Origin: Nitrosopumilus sp.
GTDB lineage: Archaea > Thermoproteota > Nitrososphaeria > Nitrososphaerales > Nitrosopumilaceae
DNA length: 64,000 bases
Reading direction: 5' to 3'
Assembly: GCA_965218695.1 (NCBI GenBank)
Contig: OZ244651.1
Location: 672,001 to 736,000, forward strand
Shown: positions 1-10,417 of the stretch, piece by piece
Layout of the letters: each line of letters begins with the position of its first letter
Numbering within the stretch: the first letter of the stretch is position 1
The notes under the pieces: model-generated
What the model was told of the DNA's origin: nothing
The model's database searches: none
Seen by the model: only the letters and a program-made list of their open reading frames with translations
Position numbers and translations under genes: made by a program

Positions 1-278
1 TGGTTCTTGTAGACAAGAGAATCCTTGGGGGGGGCATTGCAATGATAACTGTGGGGGTGATCCTGACCACCCTTCTCTCTGCCTCGGTTCCCGCAGGACA
101 GGCCGGGATGACAGAAGAGGAGATAATCGATCTCCTGACGGCGCAGCAGGAGATAGATGACTACAACACCCTGTCAGGAATACTGATCGGGGTGGGGTTC
201 CTGTTGGTGCTGATAAGCTTTGGCGCCAGAAGACGAAACAGCGCCAAAAAGATTGAGAAAAAGACTGCTGCAGAGTGA
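1..278 (+). CDS. Small 2-TM membrane protein, 5'-partial at the window edge
   Basis: The frame stays open upstream of the ATG at 42 to the edge ((M)VLVDKRILGGGIAMITVGVIL...). Two hydrophobic helices and a basic C-terminal tail. Confidence 0.7.
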   Translation, partial: VLVDKRILGGGIAMITVGVILTTLLSASVPAGQAGMTEEEIIDLLTAQQEIDDYNTLSGILIGVGFLLVLISFGARRRNSAKKIEKKTAAE

Positions 279-571
279 CTGCGCAGTAGGCGGCATGACG
301 TTTCACTCGTTTGGGGGGGGGGGTGAACAGGCACCGCTTTGCAGCCGAAAAGTCTTGATCCTGGGGTGCGTTGAAAATCAGTGTGACGTCTTTAAACGCG
401 CTGTACAGGCAAGCAGGTTAACCCAGATGAGACAGGTTCCAGTGGTAAGCCGGGTGGTTGACCAGAGACAGTCAGGCAGGGCATGTGGACACAGGCTACA
501 AGAGAAGAGGTAGAACGAGCCGGCGTACTGCATGCAACATGTTGAAAAACCTCCATGACGCAACAATTCAC

Positions 572-877
572 ATGATACACGCCGAGATCAGCATATACCC
601 CATGGCCACAAAGGATGCCAGCGTGAGCTTTTACATCGCAAAGGCGATAGAGTCCATACGGGACATGGACGGCCTCAGGTACGAGATCAACCCCATGGGG
701 ACGGTCCTGGAGTCAGAGGATATAGGCGCCATACACGAGGCCACAGACAGGATGATGGAGGTTGTCCACAACCTGGGGGTGGGCAGGGTGGAGGTAGTGC
801 TCAAGATAGACTCCCGGAGGGACAGGAACACAAGCATGGAGGAAAAGGTAGAGTCGGTAAAGAGGCACATGTGCTAA
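572..877 (+). CDS. MTH1187/YkoF-like thiamine-binding protein
   Basis: MIHAEISIYPM...SVSFYIAKAIE...YEINPMGTVLE...RV...LKIDSRRD...MEEKVESV matches the family pattern. ATG 572 is the likely start. Confidence 0.85.
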   Translation: MIHAEISIYPMATKDASVSFYIAKAIESIRDMDGLRYEINPMGTVLESEDIGAIHEATDRMMEVVHNLGVGRVEVVLKIDSRRDRNTSMEEKVESVKRHMC

Positions 878-1971
878 AAGCGTCTTAGGATGCCAAAGTG
901 CGTGTTCCTCTGGGCCGGACTGCGTCCAATCTCCTTTGCCATTACTGCCAGCTCGTCGACTGAGGACGAGGTGGGTTTTCCTGCAGCACGGTAGATCTCC
1001 TCTGAGAACGCGGTGCCCACCAGGTCGCTGCCGCCGTTGGAGAGTGCGACCTGTGCGAGTTTTTTGCCGTAGGCCACCCAGTACACGGATATGTTGTCAA
1101 GGACGCCTGCAAGCATGAGCCTCGAGAGGGCAATTACCCTCAGGTCGTACACCGACGAGCACTCGTGATCCACGAGGTGCTCCTGCTCAAGTTCGGTGTT
1201 GTCCATGCTGAACTTTAGCGGAATCAGGGTGAGGAACCCGCCGGTCTTTTTCTGCAGATCACGGATCTTTATCAGATGGTCCACTATGTGCTCCGGCTTC
1301 TCTATGTGCCCGTACAGCATGGTGACGTTGCTCCGGATTCCAATGTCGTGCGCCTCCCCGATGACGTCAAGCCACTCCTGTCCGGAGCACTTGCCGCGGA
1401 CTATCCTGTTTCGTATGTCCGGGTGAAACAGCTCCGCGCCGCCGCCTGGCATCGAGTCAAGGCCCGCATCCTTGAACCTGTGCAGGATCTCCTTTGTGGA
1501 GTTTTTGGTAAGCTTTGAAAGATAGAATATCTCGGCTGCAGTAAGAGCCTTGATGTTAAGGTCCGGGTGCCGTTCCTTGATGGTCCTCATCATGTCCTCG
1601 TAGTACTCCAAGGGCAGCTTGGGATGAAACCCTCCCACTATGTGTACCTCTGTGGCGCCCATCTGCTTGGCAATTCCGACCCTCTGCACTATCTCTTCGG
1701 GGGTCAGCGTGTATGCATCGTCTGCGCCGTCCTTTCTGTAAAACGCGCACATCTGGCAGCTGGCCGCACAGACGTTTGTATAGTTCATATAGTATGATGC
1801 TGCAAAGGTCACAGTGTCGCCCACCAGCCTCCTGCGGATAGCATCCCCCACGGCTCCAAGAAGATGAATGTTGTCATAGTCCATCAGTTCGACGCCGTCC
1901 TTGTACGAGAGCTCCTCTCCGGCAATGGCACGATCCAGCGCACGCGAGTCGCCTGCAAGCCCATTCAACAT
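874..1971 (-). CDS. mqnE: Radical SAM protein, CofH/MqnC/MqnE family; most like aminofutalosine synthase MqnE
   Basis: NYTNVCAASCQMCAF (CX3CX2C), EVHIVGGFHP, SMPGGGAE, TMLYGHIE, YWV and AQVALSNG motifs. Confidence 0.75.
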   Translation of the reverse strand: MLNGLAGDSRALDRAIAGEELSYKDGVELMDYDNIHLLGAVGDAIRRRLVGDTVTFAASYYMNYTNVCAASCQMCAFYRKDGADDAYTLTPEEIVQRVGIAKQMGATEVHIVGGFHPKLPLEYYEDMMRTIKERHPDLNIKALTAAEIFYLSKLTKNSTKEILHRFKDAGLDSMPGGGAELFHPDIRNRIVRGKCSGQEWLDVIGEAHDIGIRSNVTMLYGHIEKPEHIVDHLIKIRDLQKKTGGFLTLIPLKFSMDNTELEQEHLVDHECSSVYDLRVIALSRLMLAGVLDNISVYWVAYGKKLAQVALSNGGSDLVGTAFSEEIYRAAGKPTSSSVDELAVMAKEIGRSPAQRNTHFGILRRF

Positions 1972-2148
1972 TGCTCATCACACCTTCGGTTCTTATATAA
2001 TCCTTGAAATCCGGCCTCGCGTATCTGGCTGCATCGAGCACTGCAGGGGCATGGCCACGCCCGTCACGAGATGGGTTTCAGCACCTGAAAGGCAGGACCG
2101 TGCCCTGAAATCTCAAAGGATAAGTACCCGAATGACGTCATCCCCCGT

Positions 2149-2316
2149 ATGGTACTTCCAATCGTAGAGGAGTCCCGCCCAAAGTGCTACCTGTGCCATG
2201 AGGGGTTTGAGGATCTGGAAAAGCTAAGAGAGCACCAGCGCATGGCACACGAGGATTCCGAGGTGCAAGTAAGGCCAGAACGCGAGCCTGCACCCGGGGA
2301 CGTGACTGTATTTTAG
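2149..2316 (+). CDS. Small C2H2 zinc-finger protein (55 aa; not in the ORF track)
   Basis: Manual translation MVLPIVEESRPKCYLCHEGFEDLEKLREHQRMAHEDSEVQVRPEREPAPGDVTVF*, with C-x2-C-x12-H-x4-H. Confidence 0.8.
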   Translation: MVLPIVEESRPKCYLCHEGFEDLEKLREHQRMAHEDSEVQVRPEREPAPGDVTVF

Positions 2317-2373
2317 GAAATAATCGGCATCCGGGCAGCGCAGGATGCCATGGCGTATAGCACAATCATGGCA

Positions 2374-2610
2374 TCAAGACGAGTGCCTGTCCCGCGGGTC
2401 TATCTGGAGTGAACGCTCAAAACACCGCGCCGACTCCTCGTACCTGCCCATCCCCCTGAGCGCGACTCCCTTGAGGTTCCAAAGATCAGGATCGCCTGGT
2501 TTGAGGGCAAGCGCCTGCTCAAATAGATCAAGTGCCTCATCAAACCGTCCCGCCTCGATACACCGCTCCCCCTCTAGGATAACCTTGGATGTGTCAGTCA
2601 CAGGTACCAT
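2374..2610 (-). CDS. Small tetratricopeptide-repeat protein
   Basis: GRFDEALDLFEQALALKPGDPDLWNLKGVALRGMGRYEESARCFERSLQIDP gives two TPRs. ATG 2610 is the likely start. Confidence 0.85.
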   Translation of the reverse strand: MVPVTDTSKVILEGERCIEAGRFDEALDLFEQALALKPGDPDLWNLKGVALRGMGRYEESARCFERSLQIDPRDRHSS

Positions 2611-2885
2611 TACTGCTTGCGTGTATTTAATACAGTCTGGTTTTGACTGCGCCCCCAGATCCATGTTGATGCCTCGGCGCGCTCTGGAATGATTCATGGG
2701 AGGGGGGTCCGCGTATGGCTTGATTCAAGGGTATTCACGATTTGTCGTCATTGAAGTGGATTGTCGCCGGGAAGGGCCGCATCCGGATGCGGCATTTCCC
2801 TGTCACAAGACGGCCGCACGGTGGGGGATTAAAGATTGAGTTAGTTTGATCGAATGTTTAAATAAATTTGTTAGATACATACAAT

Positions 2886-3329
2886 ATGAAACTTGATGAA
2901 AAGGACGCAGTCATTCTTAAGAATCTGACAGTGGATGCGCGGCTCTCGGCAAGAAAGATAGCACACATGGTCGGAGTCTCCACGGTGACGGTACTCTCCA
3001 AGATAAGAAAGATGGAGAAGGCAGGAATTATCAGCGGGTACACGGCAGTCGTAGACCATGAGAAGATCGGATATTCCCTGACTGCGGTAATCGAGATCGT
3101 CTCCCAGAAGAGCAAGATTATTGAAGTCGAGGCCGGCATGGCAAAACTTGAAAACGTCTGCGCAGTCTACGACGTTACCGGATCCACAGACATGATGATC
3201 ATAGCAAAATTCAAAGCAAGGGAGGATCTGAGCAGGTTCGTAAAGAAGTTGGCAGCAACCCCCAATGTGGATAATACCATAACTCATGTGGTCCTAGACA
3301 CGGCAAAGGAAGATTTCAGACTGGTGTAG
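2886..3329 (+). CDS. Lrp/AsnC family transcriptional regulator
   Basis: [42 protein letters not shown], plus the [12 protein letters not shown]-domain motif. Confidence 0.95.
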   Translation: MKLDEKDAVILKNLTVDARLSARKIAHMVGVSTVTVLSKIRKMEKAGIISGYTAVVDHEKIGYSLTAVIEIVSQKSKIIEVEAGMAKLENVCAVYDVTGSTDMMIIAKFKAREDLSRFVKKLAATPNVDNTITHVVLDTAKEDFRLV

Positions 3330-3333
3330 GCAC

Positions 3334-3894
3334 ATGATGGCCTTTGTCATTCTCCTTGTGCCCATAGCCATCTCAGGGATGGTCCAGGTCTCCTTTGCGC
3401 AGACTGGGCAGGCGCCGGACATGGTTCTTGAGGTATCGGATCTTGAAAAGACCGTTCTGTTTGGAGGTTTTGCAGTTGCCGTAATCGGGGTGTTTTTGTT
3501 TCTTGCGCGGGATGTCATACTGCGCAAAAGGACGTCGTATGACTCGGAGGATCTCGAGTCAAAGAGGGAGAAGACGTATGAAAAGTATCACTCGGACTGG
3601 GGGGACGACTATGAGGAGATTGGCAGCAGGAAGAACACTAGGATGGACAAGGAGTTTCGCAGTGCTGCGGCAAGCGGGGATCTTCCGGACTATTACGGGA
3701 TTTTGGGAGTTGCCACAGACGCCACGCCAGAGGACATAAAGAAGAGGTTCAGGGAGCTTGCAAAGAAGACGCATCCGGACAAGGCAGGCGGCGACTCTGA
3801 GGAGATGATGGCCGAGATCAACGAGGCATACGAGGTACTCTCCGACAAGGAGAGCAGGGACAGGTATGACAGGCACTCTTCCAGGCTAGGCTGA
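3334..3894 (+). CDS. Membrane-anchored DnaJ-domain protein
   Basis: N-terminal TM helices and a C-terminal J-domain: DYYGILGV...[16 protein letters not shown]...[11 protein letters not shown] (HPD motif). Confidence 0.9.
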   Translation: MMAFVILLVPIAISGMVQVSFAQTGQAPDMVLEVSDLEKTVLFGGFAVAVIGVFLFLARDVILRKRTSYDSEDLESKREKTYEKYHSDWGDDYEEIGSRKNTRMDKEFRSAAASGDLPDYYGILGVATDATPEDIKKRFRELAKKTHPDKAGGDSEEMMAEINEAYEVLSDKESRDRYDRHSSRLG

Positions 3895-4290
3895 TTCCAG
3901 ACCCACGATGGTCATGCCAAGCTCCATCGAATCCGGAGTCTGGACGCTGTTGGTAAGGTGGGTCGTGATTGCAAGGCGGACGGGCCTGCCACTGCAGGCA
4001 ATCTCTGCATCAATCCGGAGCACCTCAAACTCGGTGCTTGGCCCGAGCATCTTTCCGGTAAGGGACGGCGCCAGATTGGTGCCGAGCACGGTTCCGGTGA
4101 TGCGGTGGGCGGACCTGCCTGAAAAGTATACGCCGCCGCGCGTCGTGGGCCTATTAACAGGGGTGGGGGAATCTGCAACGGTGACATTCTCCATCGGGTA
4201 CGAGGCATCGTCCAGACGCAGCATAAACCTTGGGGTGGGTTTCTGGTCAGGCCGCATCAGGATGTCAAGCAGGGCAGAATCTACTGTCAC
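3886..4290 (-). CDS. Hypothetical protein
   Basis: Protein-like ORF containing [16 protein letters not shown]. Start assumed at GTG 4290. Confidence 0.6.
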   Translation of the reverse strand: MTVDSALLDILMRPDQKPTPRFMLRLDDASYPMENVTVADSPTPVNRPTTRGGVYFSGRSAHRITGTVLGTNLAPSLTGKMLGPSTEFEVLRIDAEIACSGRPVRLAITTHLTNSVQTPDSMELGMTIVGLESA

Positions 4291-4712
4291 GCAGTGACAA
4301 AGAGTGCCAATTCTATTGAACCTTTGCACCCGGCTTTGTTGCCTTTTTGTATTTGAGTTATATGCGTGTTATGTGAAAATTAGTTCCGCTAGTCATTAAC
4401 ATCTTCCTTCCTGGTATCCGCACTTGACACGTGATTCTGATCTTTGTAGATCCTTGCGCTGGGCCGAAACGTGTACAATTGCGAGTCAAGCCTATTATAT
4501 ATACAGCAGCCATCAAATGGTGTCATGTTTACAAAGGATTGCCCACATTGTGGACATGAATGGGAATCGTGGGATCCTACAGCCGACCCGCATTGTGAAG
4601 AATTGGGGAAGCGGTTCTACAATCTCTTCGGTGAGTCCTGATGGACACTCTCTTACCCGTACTTGTAGCAGATTCCATCTCTCTTACCGTATATCCCCAA
4701 TCGTACAGCCTG

Positions 4713-5720
4713 ATGGACGTTCTCTTACCCATACTTGTAACGGCCGGAGGGATCGCCGTACTGGTGTTTGGCGGCAATCTCTTGATTCGAGGGGCGGTGG
4801 GAATATCCCGTCTGGTCGGCCTGTCCGGGTTTGTAGTCGGCATGACGGTGGTTGCGTACGGCACGTCTGCGCCTGAACTGGCCGCAAGCATTGCCGCGCT
4901 GGATCCGCACCCGGGGATGGTATTGGGAAATGTCGCAGGCTCCAACGTGGCAAACGTGGGAATGGTTGCCGCCGTCGCACTGATACTGGGCGCAGGGTTT
5001 GGGAGATGGCGCAAATACAAAGAAGAGTTTCTCGTGGTAGTGGGCTGTTCTGCCGGGATCGTGCTTTTGGTGGCAGACGGTGACGTGTCTTTCTTTGACG
5101 GGGCAATCCTGCTTGCTGCAGCCGTCGCATCCACTACCATTCTTCTGCATCGCCACACCAAAAAGAGGGAGAAGGTCGTCGACATGCTTGCAGACAGGAC
5201 CACAACAGATACTGCCACAGGGGACGCCGTGGCAGACGGCGTAATATCTGACAACGAACCCCCGCGACGGAAAGGCGGTCTGGCGAAATCCATCCTGATG
5301 ACAGCCGGCGGCGCGGGCCTGCTGTGGGTAGGCGCCGTATTTGCCGTGAACGGGGCAGCATCGCTGGGAAGCCTTGCCGGCCTGTCGGATCACACCATTG
5401 GGATAACGGTCATAGCAGTCGGCACATCCCTTCCGGAACTTGTCACGACAATAATGGCTGTCAAGAAAAAAGAGTACGGCATCGGCCTTGGCAACGTCAT
5501 AGGATCCAACATCGCAAACATCCTGCTGATTGGCGGGGCAGCAGCACTTCTTTCAGGCGGACTTGCCGCAGGACCTGGCGTCTCGTGGGATCTTGCCATT
5601 GCCGCGGCATTTACCATCGTGTTTGTTGCCGCAACAATACTGGGGAAGATGTCACGCGTCTGGGGGCTTGTGTTTGTGGCAGCCTATGTTGCATGGCTGA
5701 CCATATCCCTGGTTGCCTGA
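4713..5720 (+). CDS. Ca2+/Na+ antiporter (YrbG/CaCA family)
   Basis: Alpha-repeats GTSAPEL...GNVAGSNVAN and GTSLPEL...GNVIGSNIAN. An alternative start at 4641 lies in a duplicated 5' segment. Confidence 0.93.
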   Translation: MDVLLPILVTAGGIAVLVFGGNLLIRGAVGISRLVGLSGFVVGMTVVAYGTSAPELAASIAALDPHPGMVLGNVAGSNVANVGMVAAVALILGAGFGRWRKYKEEFLVVVGCSAGIVLLVADGDVSFFDGAILLAAAVASTTILLHRHTKKREKVVDMLADRTTTDTATGDAVADGVISDNEPPRRKGGLAKSILMTAGGAGLLWVGAVFAVNGAASLGSLAGLSDHTIGITVIAVGTSLPELVTTIMAVKKKEYGIGLGNVIGSNIANILLIGGAAALLSGGLAAGPGVSWDLAIAAAFTIVFVAATILGKMSRVWGLVFVAAYVAWLTISLVA

Positions 5721-5810
5721 TAGACAGAATCTGGGACTCTGCCGAAACCATACGCAAAATTCCACGGTACCGCACCATGGCAGCCATTGCCCCGTTTTCA
5801 TTCGTGCACA

Positions 5811-5848
5811 CGGTGGTGGTGGTGGTGGTGTTGTTGTTGTTGTTGTTG
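5811..5848. repeat. Compound trinucleotide microsatellite (GGT)n(GTT)n
   Basis: Intergenic run ggtggtggtggtggtggtgttgttgttgttgttgttg. Confidence 0.8.
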
Positions 5849-5957
5849 AGCATGAATCTTTGACTGCAGGGCCAACATGCCGGTAGAGAGATTTGAAAGA
5901 AAGAGTCCAAGATTGCGCTCTAATGATTTTTAATGCGGGGTCTTGTTACGACGCGTG

Positions 5958-6617
5958 ATGAAACGCGTGATGGTCGCAGGTGCGCTTGCGGCCGTGGCTG
6001 TAACTACGGTGATCTTTGGCATAATGTATGCCGAGCAGGCAGATTCCAGATCCGTTGCCAGGATCGCGCTGGACTACAGGACGCCCCTTGGGGATTACGA
6101 GGTATTGCATGCCGACAAGTACGAGCTTGAATTGCCCGCCGACTGGCAGAGCCAGTCCTCGAACGTGTTGTCTGACTTGGAGACTGACGGGATAATCAGG
6201 GAAGCCACCGGAGGCAGGGTGCATGACAACAAGTTTTATGGGCATGCCGAGCCTGAATCGCTTGCGGATGGCGTCTTTCCGACTAACATCATGATACACA
6301 CGGCAGAGTCGGATTTGGCACAAGACGAATACGAGGGCGCGCTGCTTGACATAATGGCAGCATCCGAGACTCATTACGGCATAGACGTCAGGATCCTCGA
6401 CAGCAGATGGGGCGAATTGGGCGGGAGGCCTGCCATAACCATGGAATATACAATAGGCGACACGCAAGACTCCGACCTGCCGACCATCAAGGCCGTGGAG
6501 ACGATCACTGTCACTGGCTCCACCATGTATTCGATATCGTACGGGAGCGAGATTGATGGCTACTATGAAAACCTGCACCATTTTGATCATGCCGTCAAGA
6601 CGTTCAAATTCAGATAA
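5958..6617 (+). CDS. Membrane-anchored PsbP/Mog1p-like protein
   Basis: N-terminal TM, YELELPADW, ELGGRPA...MYSISY...FDHAVKTFKF. Confidence 0.7.
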   Translation: MKRVMVAGALAAVAVTTVIFGIMYAEQADSRSVARIALDYRTPLGDYEVLHADKYELELPADWQSQSSNVLSDLETDGIIREATGGRVHDNKFYGHAEPESLADGVFPTNIMIHTAESDLAQDEYEGALLDIMAASETHYGIDVRILDSRWGELGGRPAITMEYTIGDTQDSDLPTIKAVETITVTGSTMYSISYGSEIDGYYENLHHFDHAVKTFKFR

Positions 6618-6694
6618 TTCCAGTTGAGTACGAAACCATGCAGACCGCCGCATAATACAGAGAGCTTAAAAGAGTCAATCGTGATAGATGTGTA

Positions 6695-8002
6695 TTGCAG
6701 CAGATTGCTAGCATCCAGTCCCTAAGAGATGAGATTCTCGACCTGATGGCACGAAAGGGACTCGACGACAAGTGCTATGCGGAGATGCTGGACTATACCA
6801 TCAACCTGTTTGAGACCCGGGGGCTGGGAAAGATGTACTACGGGTACCACAACATCAACCACGAGCTGGAGGTGACGTACGTCTCGCTGCTCTCCACTGA
6901 GCAAAACGAGGTTCAGATAAGCAAGGAGGACGTAAAGTACATGTATGTCGCCGCCCTGCTGCACGACTTTGACCCGCAAAAGAACGTAGACAAGCCGCAC
7001 GAGGCCAGCGTCATAAGGTTCGTCGGCGTAGACGAGAAGCTGCAGGAGATGATGCAGGCAGCCGGGATTGACTTTGAGATAATCAAGGTGATGATTCTGA
7101 GGACCGGATACCCGTGGAGGGGCGAGTTGAAGAGCGATGCAGAAAAGCAGATAATGCAGTGCTTTGAGAGATCGAACATCCCCGAGGACAGGCAAAGGTA
7201 CATCATGGACATGGGTATGTGCCTGTCGGTGGCAGACAGGATCAGCGGGTATGCGATGGGAGACTTTACAAGATCGATGGAGCGGGCCAAGATGAACGCG
7301 CATGCAAACGCGATGAGGCCCTCGCTCATAGTGAGGAATACGGTGGCATACTTTGAGGAGCTCCTGGATACGGAGAAGAGGATGACAAAGGCCGTCCTCA
7401 GATGCCTTCCAAAGGCCATGAGGAAGAATTTTTTCAACGCGGTCCTGTCATTTATGAAGATAAGGGAGCAGGAGATCCTCATACAGGCAGACCACGCCTA
7501 CGAGAACCTCAAGCTTGTGCCCACCATAGAGATGATGGGCACGAGAAGGGATCCGAACTTTATCAAGACGCTTTATGACATATTCAAGGAGATCCCCACG
7601 CCGCTGCAGTTTGAAAAGGACAGGTTCGGCGAATCGGTCATGGATCCCAGGACCATTCTGAACACCCTGAGGCTCAATGACAAAAACGGCGTGATTGTGG
7701 GGTTTGCAAAGGGCGGCCCGCTGGAGAGGTACCAGATTCGGGAGGACGTAACAGACAAAAACCGCGGTCGCGGAAACACCGTGTTCCTGGAACCGCTGGT
7801 GCTCAAGATGGGATACTGGGGCCTCAGGGGCGGAAGCGAGATGAGGCACCTGTTCATCATGCAGGCCCAGTCCAAAAAATACCAGTACCTGACAAGTTTT
7901 GCGCTGCGCGACGTAATCCGGGCCCGGATGGAAAAGGAGAATGCAGAGTTTGTCCGGTATTGTGATCCGGAGAGATGGGATTACTATCGAGTCAGGGTCT
8001 AG
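6695..8002 (+). CDS. HD-domain protein
   Basis: YHNINHELEV...AALLHDFDP...KPHE...ADR motifs. Confidence 0.85.
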   Translation: MQQIASIQSLRDEILDLMARKGLDDKCYAEMLDYTINLFETRGLGKMYYGYHNINHELEVTYVSLLSTEQNEVQISKEDVKYMYVAALLHDFDPQKNVDKPHEASVIRFVGVDEKLQEMMQAAGIDFEIIKVMILRTGYPWRGELKSDAEKQIMQCFERSNIPEDRQRYIMDMGMCLSVADRISGYAMGDFTRSMERAKMNAHANAMRPSLIVRNTVAYFEELLDTEKRMTKAVLRCLPKAMRKNFFNAVLSFMKIREQEILIQADHAYENLKLVPTIEMMGTRRDPNFIKTLYDIFKEIPTPLQFEKDRFGESVMDPRTILNTLRLNDKNGVIVGFAKGGPLERYQIREDVTDKNRGRGNTVFLEPLVLKMGYWGLRGGSEMRHLFIMQAQSKKYQYLTSFALRDVIRARMEKENAEFVRYCDPERWDYYRVRV

Positions 8003-8018
8003 GAGAGGGGGGAGACGC

Positions 8019-9410
8019 ATGAAGGGGACGGCCAAGGCGCTTGAGAGGGCGGTCCGCGGAGACGTGCTGGTGCAAGATGAGATGATGAATCTGTACTCTG
8101 TTGATGCAAGCATGTACCAGGTGGTTCCAGACGCGGTGGTCATTCCAAGGGACGAGGACGACGTCATCGGGGCGGTGAATGTGGCAGCAGAATCAAACCT
8201 GCCGGTAACCGTGCGCGGGGCAGGGACCGGACTCGTCGGAGGCGCGCTGAACAGGGGGATCATACTCGACATGAAAAATTTGGACAGGATCGGCCCTGGC
8301 GGGGTCGACGTGGGTGCGGGGGCCACCATCGGGCGCCTCGGTATGGTTCTGGAGGGCCAGGGAAGGTTCTTTGCCCCAAACCCGTCAGTCGGGGCATTCT
8401 GCTCCGTGGGGGGAATGATCGGGTGCAATGCAGGCGGGAGCAGGAGCCTCAAGTACGGCAGCATGATCGACAACGTTGCCCGGATCACGTTCATCGACGG
8501 GAGAGGCGACAGGGTGACGCTTCCGGACGATGAGGATGTGGGACGGAGCGTTCTTGGGATGGCATCCAAGATTCAGAGGGACAGGTTCCCCCGGGTGACA
8601 AAGAACGCCTCTGGGTACAGGCTGGATGCAGTAAGGGCGATTGGGGACTCCCACAGGATTCTCATCGGCTCGGAGGGGACGCTTGGGATAGTCACGTCAG
8701 CAGAACTCAAGATACGCGACATCCCGGAGTACCGGCTCCTTGTCGTGATGGGGTATGATTCCATCCGTGCCGCACTGCAGGACTGCAGCATCATTCGCAG
8801 GACGAACCCGGCGGCAATCGAGTTTGTGGACAGGGCGATACTTGCGCATATTGATGCCGGAATCGATCATGCCACAGAGTGTCTGCTGTTTGTAGAGTAC
8901 GATGAGGAGGGGCATCCAGAGCCAGAGACTGCAGGCAGGGTTGTTGCACGGACAGAAGACGATGCAGAGATTCTCAGATGGCAGAGGTACAGGGGCTCGG
9001 CGCTCCACTACAGCCTAAAGGATACAGGAAAAGCGTACAGGGTCCCCCACATCATCGAGGATGCAGCAGTTCCCCCCGAGAGGCTGCCGGACCTGTTTGC
9101 AGCACTCGAGGGAATCAACAAGAGGCATCATACCCGCACCATCACGTACGGGCATGCGGGGGACGCAAACATACACGTCCGTCTGATATCTGAGGGCAGC
9201 ATCGGGTCAGTCCAAGACATTGCAGGGGAGTACTTTGGGGAGATAGTCCGGCTTGGCGGAACCATGTCTGCAGAGCACGGGGACGGACTGGCGCGCTCCG
9301 GATTCGTCAGGATGCAGTACGGCGAAAGGAACTGCCAGGCGTTTGCAGACACAAAGCGGCTGTTTGATCCCAAGGGCATACTCAACCCGGGCAAGATAGT
9401 CACGGCGTAG
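8019..9410 (+). CDS. FAD-binding oxidoreductase (GlcD/D-lactate dehydrogenase-like)
   Basis: RGAGTGLVGGA, GGMIGCNAGG, GSEGTLGIVT, GHAGDANIH, SAEHGDG and FDPKGILNPGKI. Confidence 0.92.
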   Translation: MKGTAKALERAVRGDVLVQDEMMNLYSVDASMYQVVPDAVVIPRDEDDVIGAVNVAAESNLPVTVRGAGTGLVGGALNRGIILDMKNLDRIGPGGVDVGAGATIGRLGMVLEGQGRFFAPNPSVGAFCSVGGMIGCNAGGSRSLKYGSMIDNVARITFIDGRGDRVTLPDDEDVGRSVLGMASKIQRDRFPRVTKNASGYRLDAVRAIGDSHRILIGSEGTLGIVTSAELKIRDIPEYRLLVVMGYDSIRAALQDCSIIRRTNPAAIEFVDRAILAHIDAGIDHATECLLFVEYDEEGHPEPETAGRVVARTEDDAEILRWQRYRGSALHYSLKDTGKAYRVPHIIEDAAVPPERLPDLFAALEGINKRHHTRTITYGHAGDANIHVRLISEGSIGSVQDIAGEYFGEIVRLGGTMSAEHGDGLARSGFVRMQYGERNCQAFADTKRLFDPKGILNPGKIVTA

Positions 9411-9634
9411 GCAGGAGGATGTCTCAGGCGGCTCAGGAGCGGGCCGCGCCGGTCCCTTTTACGCCGGGATTGTGCATGTGGCGCGTGCGGGGGTTGATCC
9501 TGCTGATTGCGCATGGGCGATGCCAGATGCCCCGAAAGGGCCCGGGCCGCGCCGGCAACCTGCATCCAAAGCTTGTCTGTTGGTAAAAAAAAATCAACAT
9601 GAGCCGCTAATAGCGCTGCAGGCGTCCTTTAACC

Positions 9635-9778
9635 ATGACAATTGGATATTGTGTCAAATGTAGGGACAAGCGCAGCATGAGTAGTGCCAGGCCATATACC
9701 ATGAAGAATGGAAGGCCCGCAGTCAGAGGTACCTGTCCTGCATGCAGCACTACAATCTTTAGAATCGGCAGCGGATAA
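9635..9778 (+). CDS. Small zinc-ribbon protein, DUF5679-like (47 aa; not in the ORF track)
   Basis: MTIGYCVKCRDKRSMSSARPYTMKNGRPAVRGTCPACSTTIFRIGSG*. Confidence 0.85.
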   Translation: MTIGYCVKCRDKRSMSSARPYTMKNGRPAVRGTCPACSTTIFRIGSG

Positions 9779-9789
9779 TACCCGGGCAT

Positions 9790-9925
9790 TTGCCTGCCTG
9801 TAAATCCATTCCGCAGCCGGAATGGCTCCAATCCTATTTCCCGTAAAATTTGTTTCTTCAGGGTATTTTTAGACACATGACAAGTTTGGACACCCAATAT
9901 TCTGCAGGCACTTCGGTTCTGTGGG
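9790..9925 (-). pseudogene. Degenerate tandem copy of the neighbouring 9934-10185 gene
   Basis: LKKQILREIGLEP---FRLRNGFTG aligns with LKNRITQEIGLDPSPMRRLWNGFTD. DNA ctgtaaatccattccgcagccgg vs ctgtaaatccgttccacagccgg. Confidence 0.6.
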
Positions 9926-9933
9926 GAGCGGTG

Positions 9934-10185
9934 CTAGTGCTGCCACTCGTCTGTAAATCCGTTCCACAGCCGGCGCATCGGGGAGGGATCCAGTCCTATC
10001 TCCTGCGTGATCCTGTTCTTTAAGACGAAGGCAAAGTTCTCAAGCGCGTCAACGCCTCCGTCGTCGTACAGTTCCCTGCCAATCTCGGTGATGCGCAGGT
10101 GTTTTTGTGCGACTTCTGGCGAGTCTGGGTTCTGTAGGCAGAACGTCATCAGGTCGATAAGCTCCTCTTCAAGCATGAAATCCAT
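9934..10185 (-). CDS. Hypothetical protein
   Basis: MDFMLEEELIDLMTFCLQNPDS...IGRELYDDGGVDAL...LWNG, a compact protein-like ORF. Confidence 0.7.
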   Translation of the reverse strand: MDFMLEEELIDLMTFCLQNPDSPEVAQKHLRITEIGRELYDDGGVDALENFAFVLKNRITQEIGLDPSPMRRLWNGFTDEWQH

Positions 10186-10417
10186 TACAGATACGGTGTT
10201 TGGCTTGGATTTAGGTATTTGGGGTTTTGCGTGTTTTGGCACGGGACAGGTGCAATGGATGCGGCTGCCACGTCCGGATTGAGCCTCTGCCGGGGAATGC
10301 TGCCGGATGAACAGGCAAATCCGGCATGGTGGCGTGGTGTCCGGATTCCTTCACGGGTACGGCTGAGCGGCACGGCATGCCCGGAGATAGAATAAAAAAA
10401 AGTAGGTTAGGTTTCTC

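Noticed and set aside
5811-5848. Microsatellite as a phase-variation switch
   Set aside because: It is intergenic and not evidently within a promoter or a real CDS.
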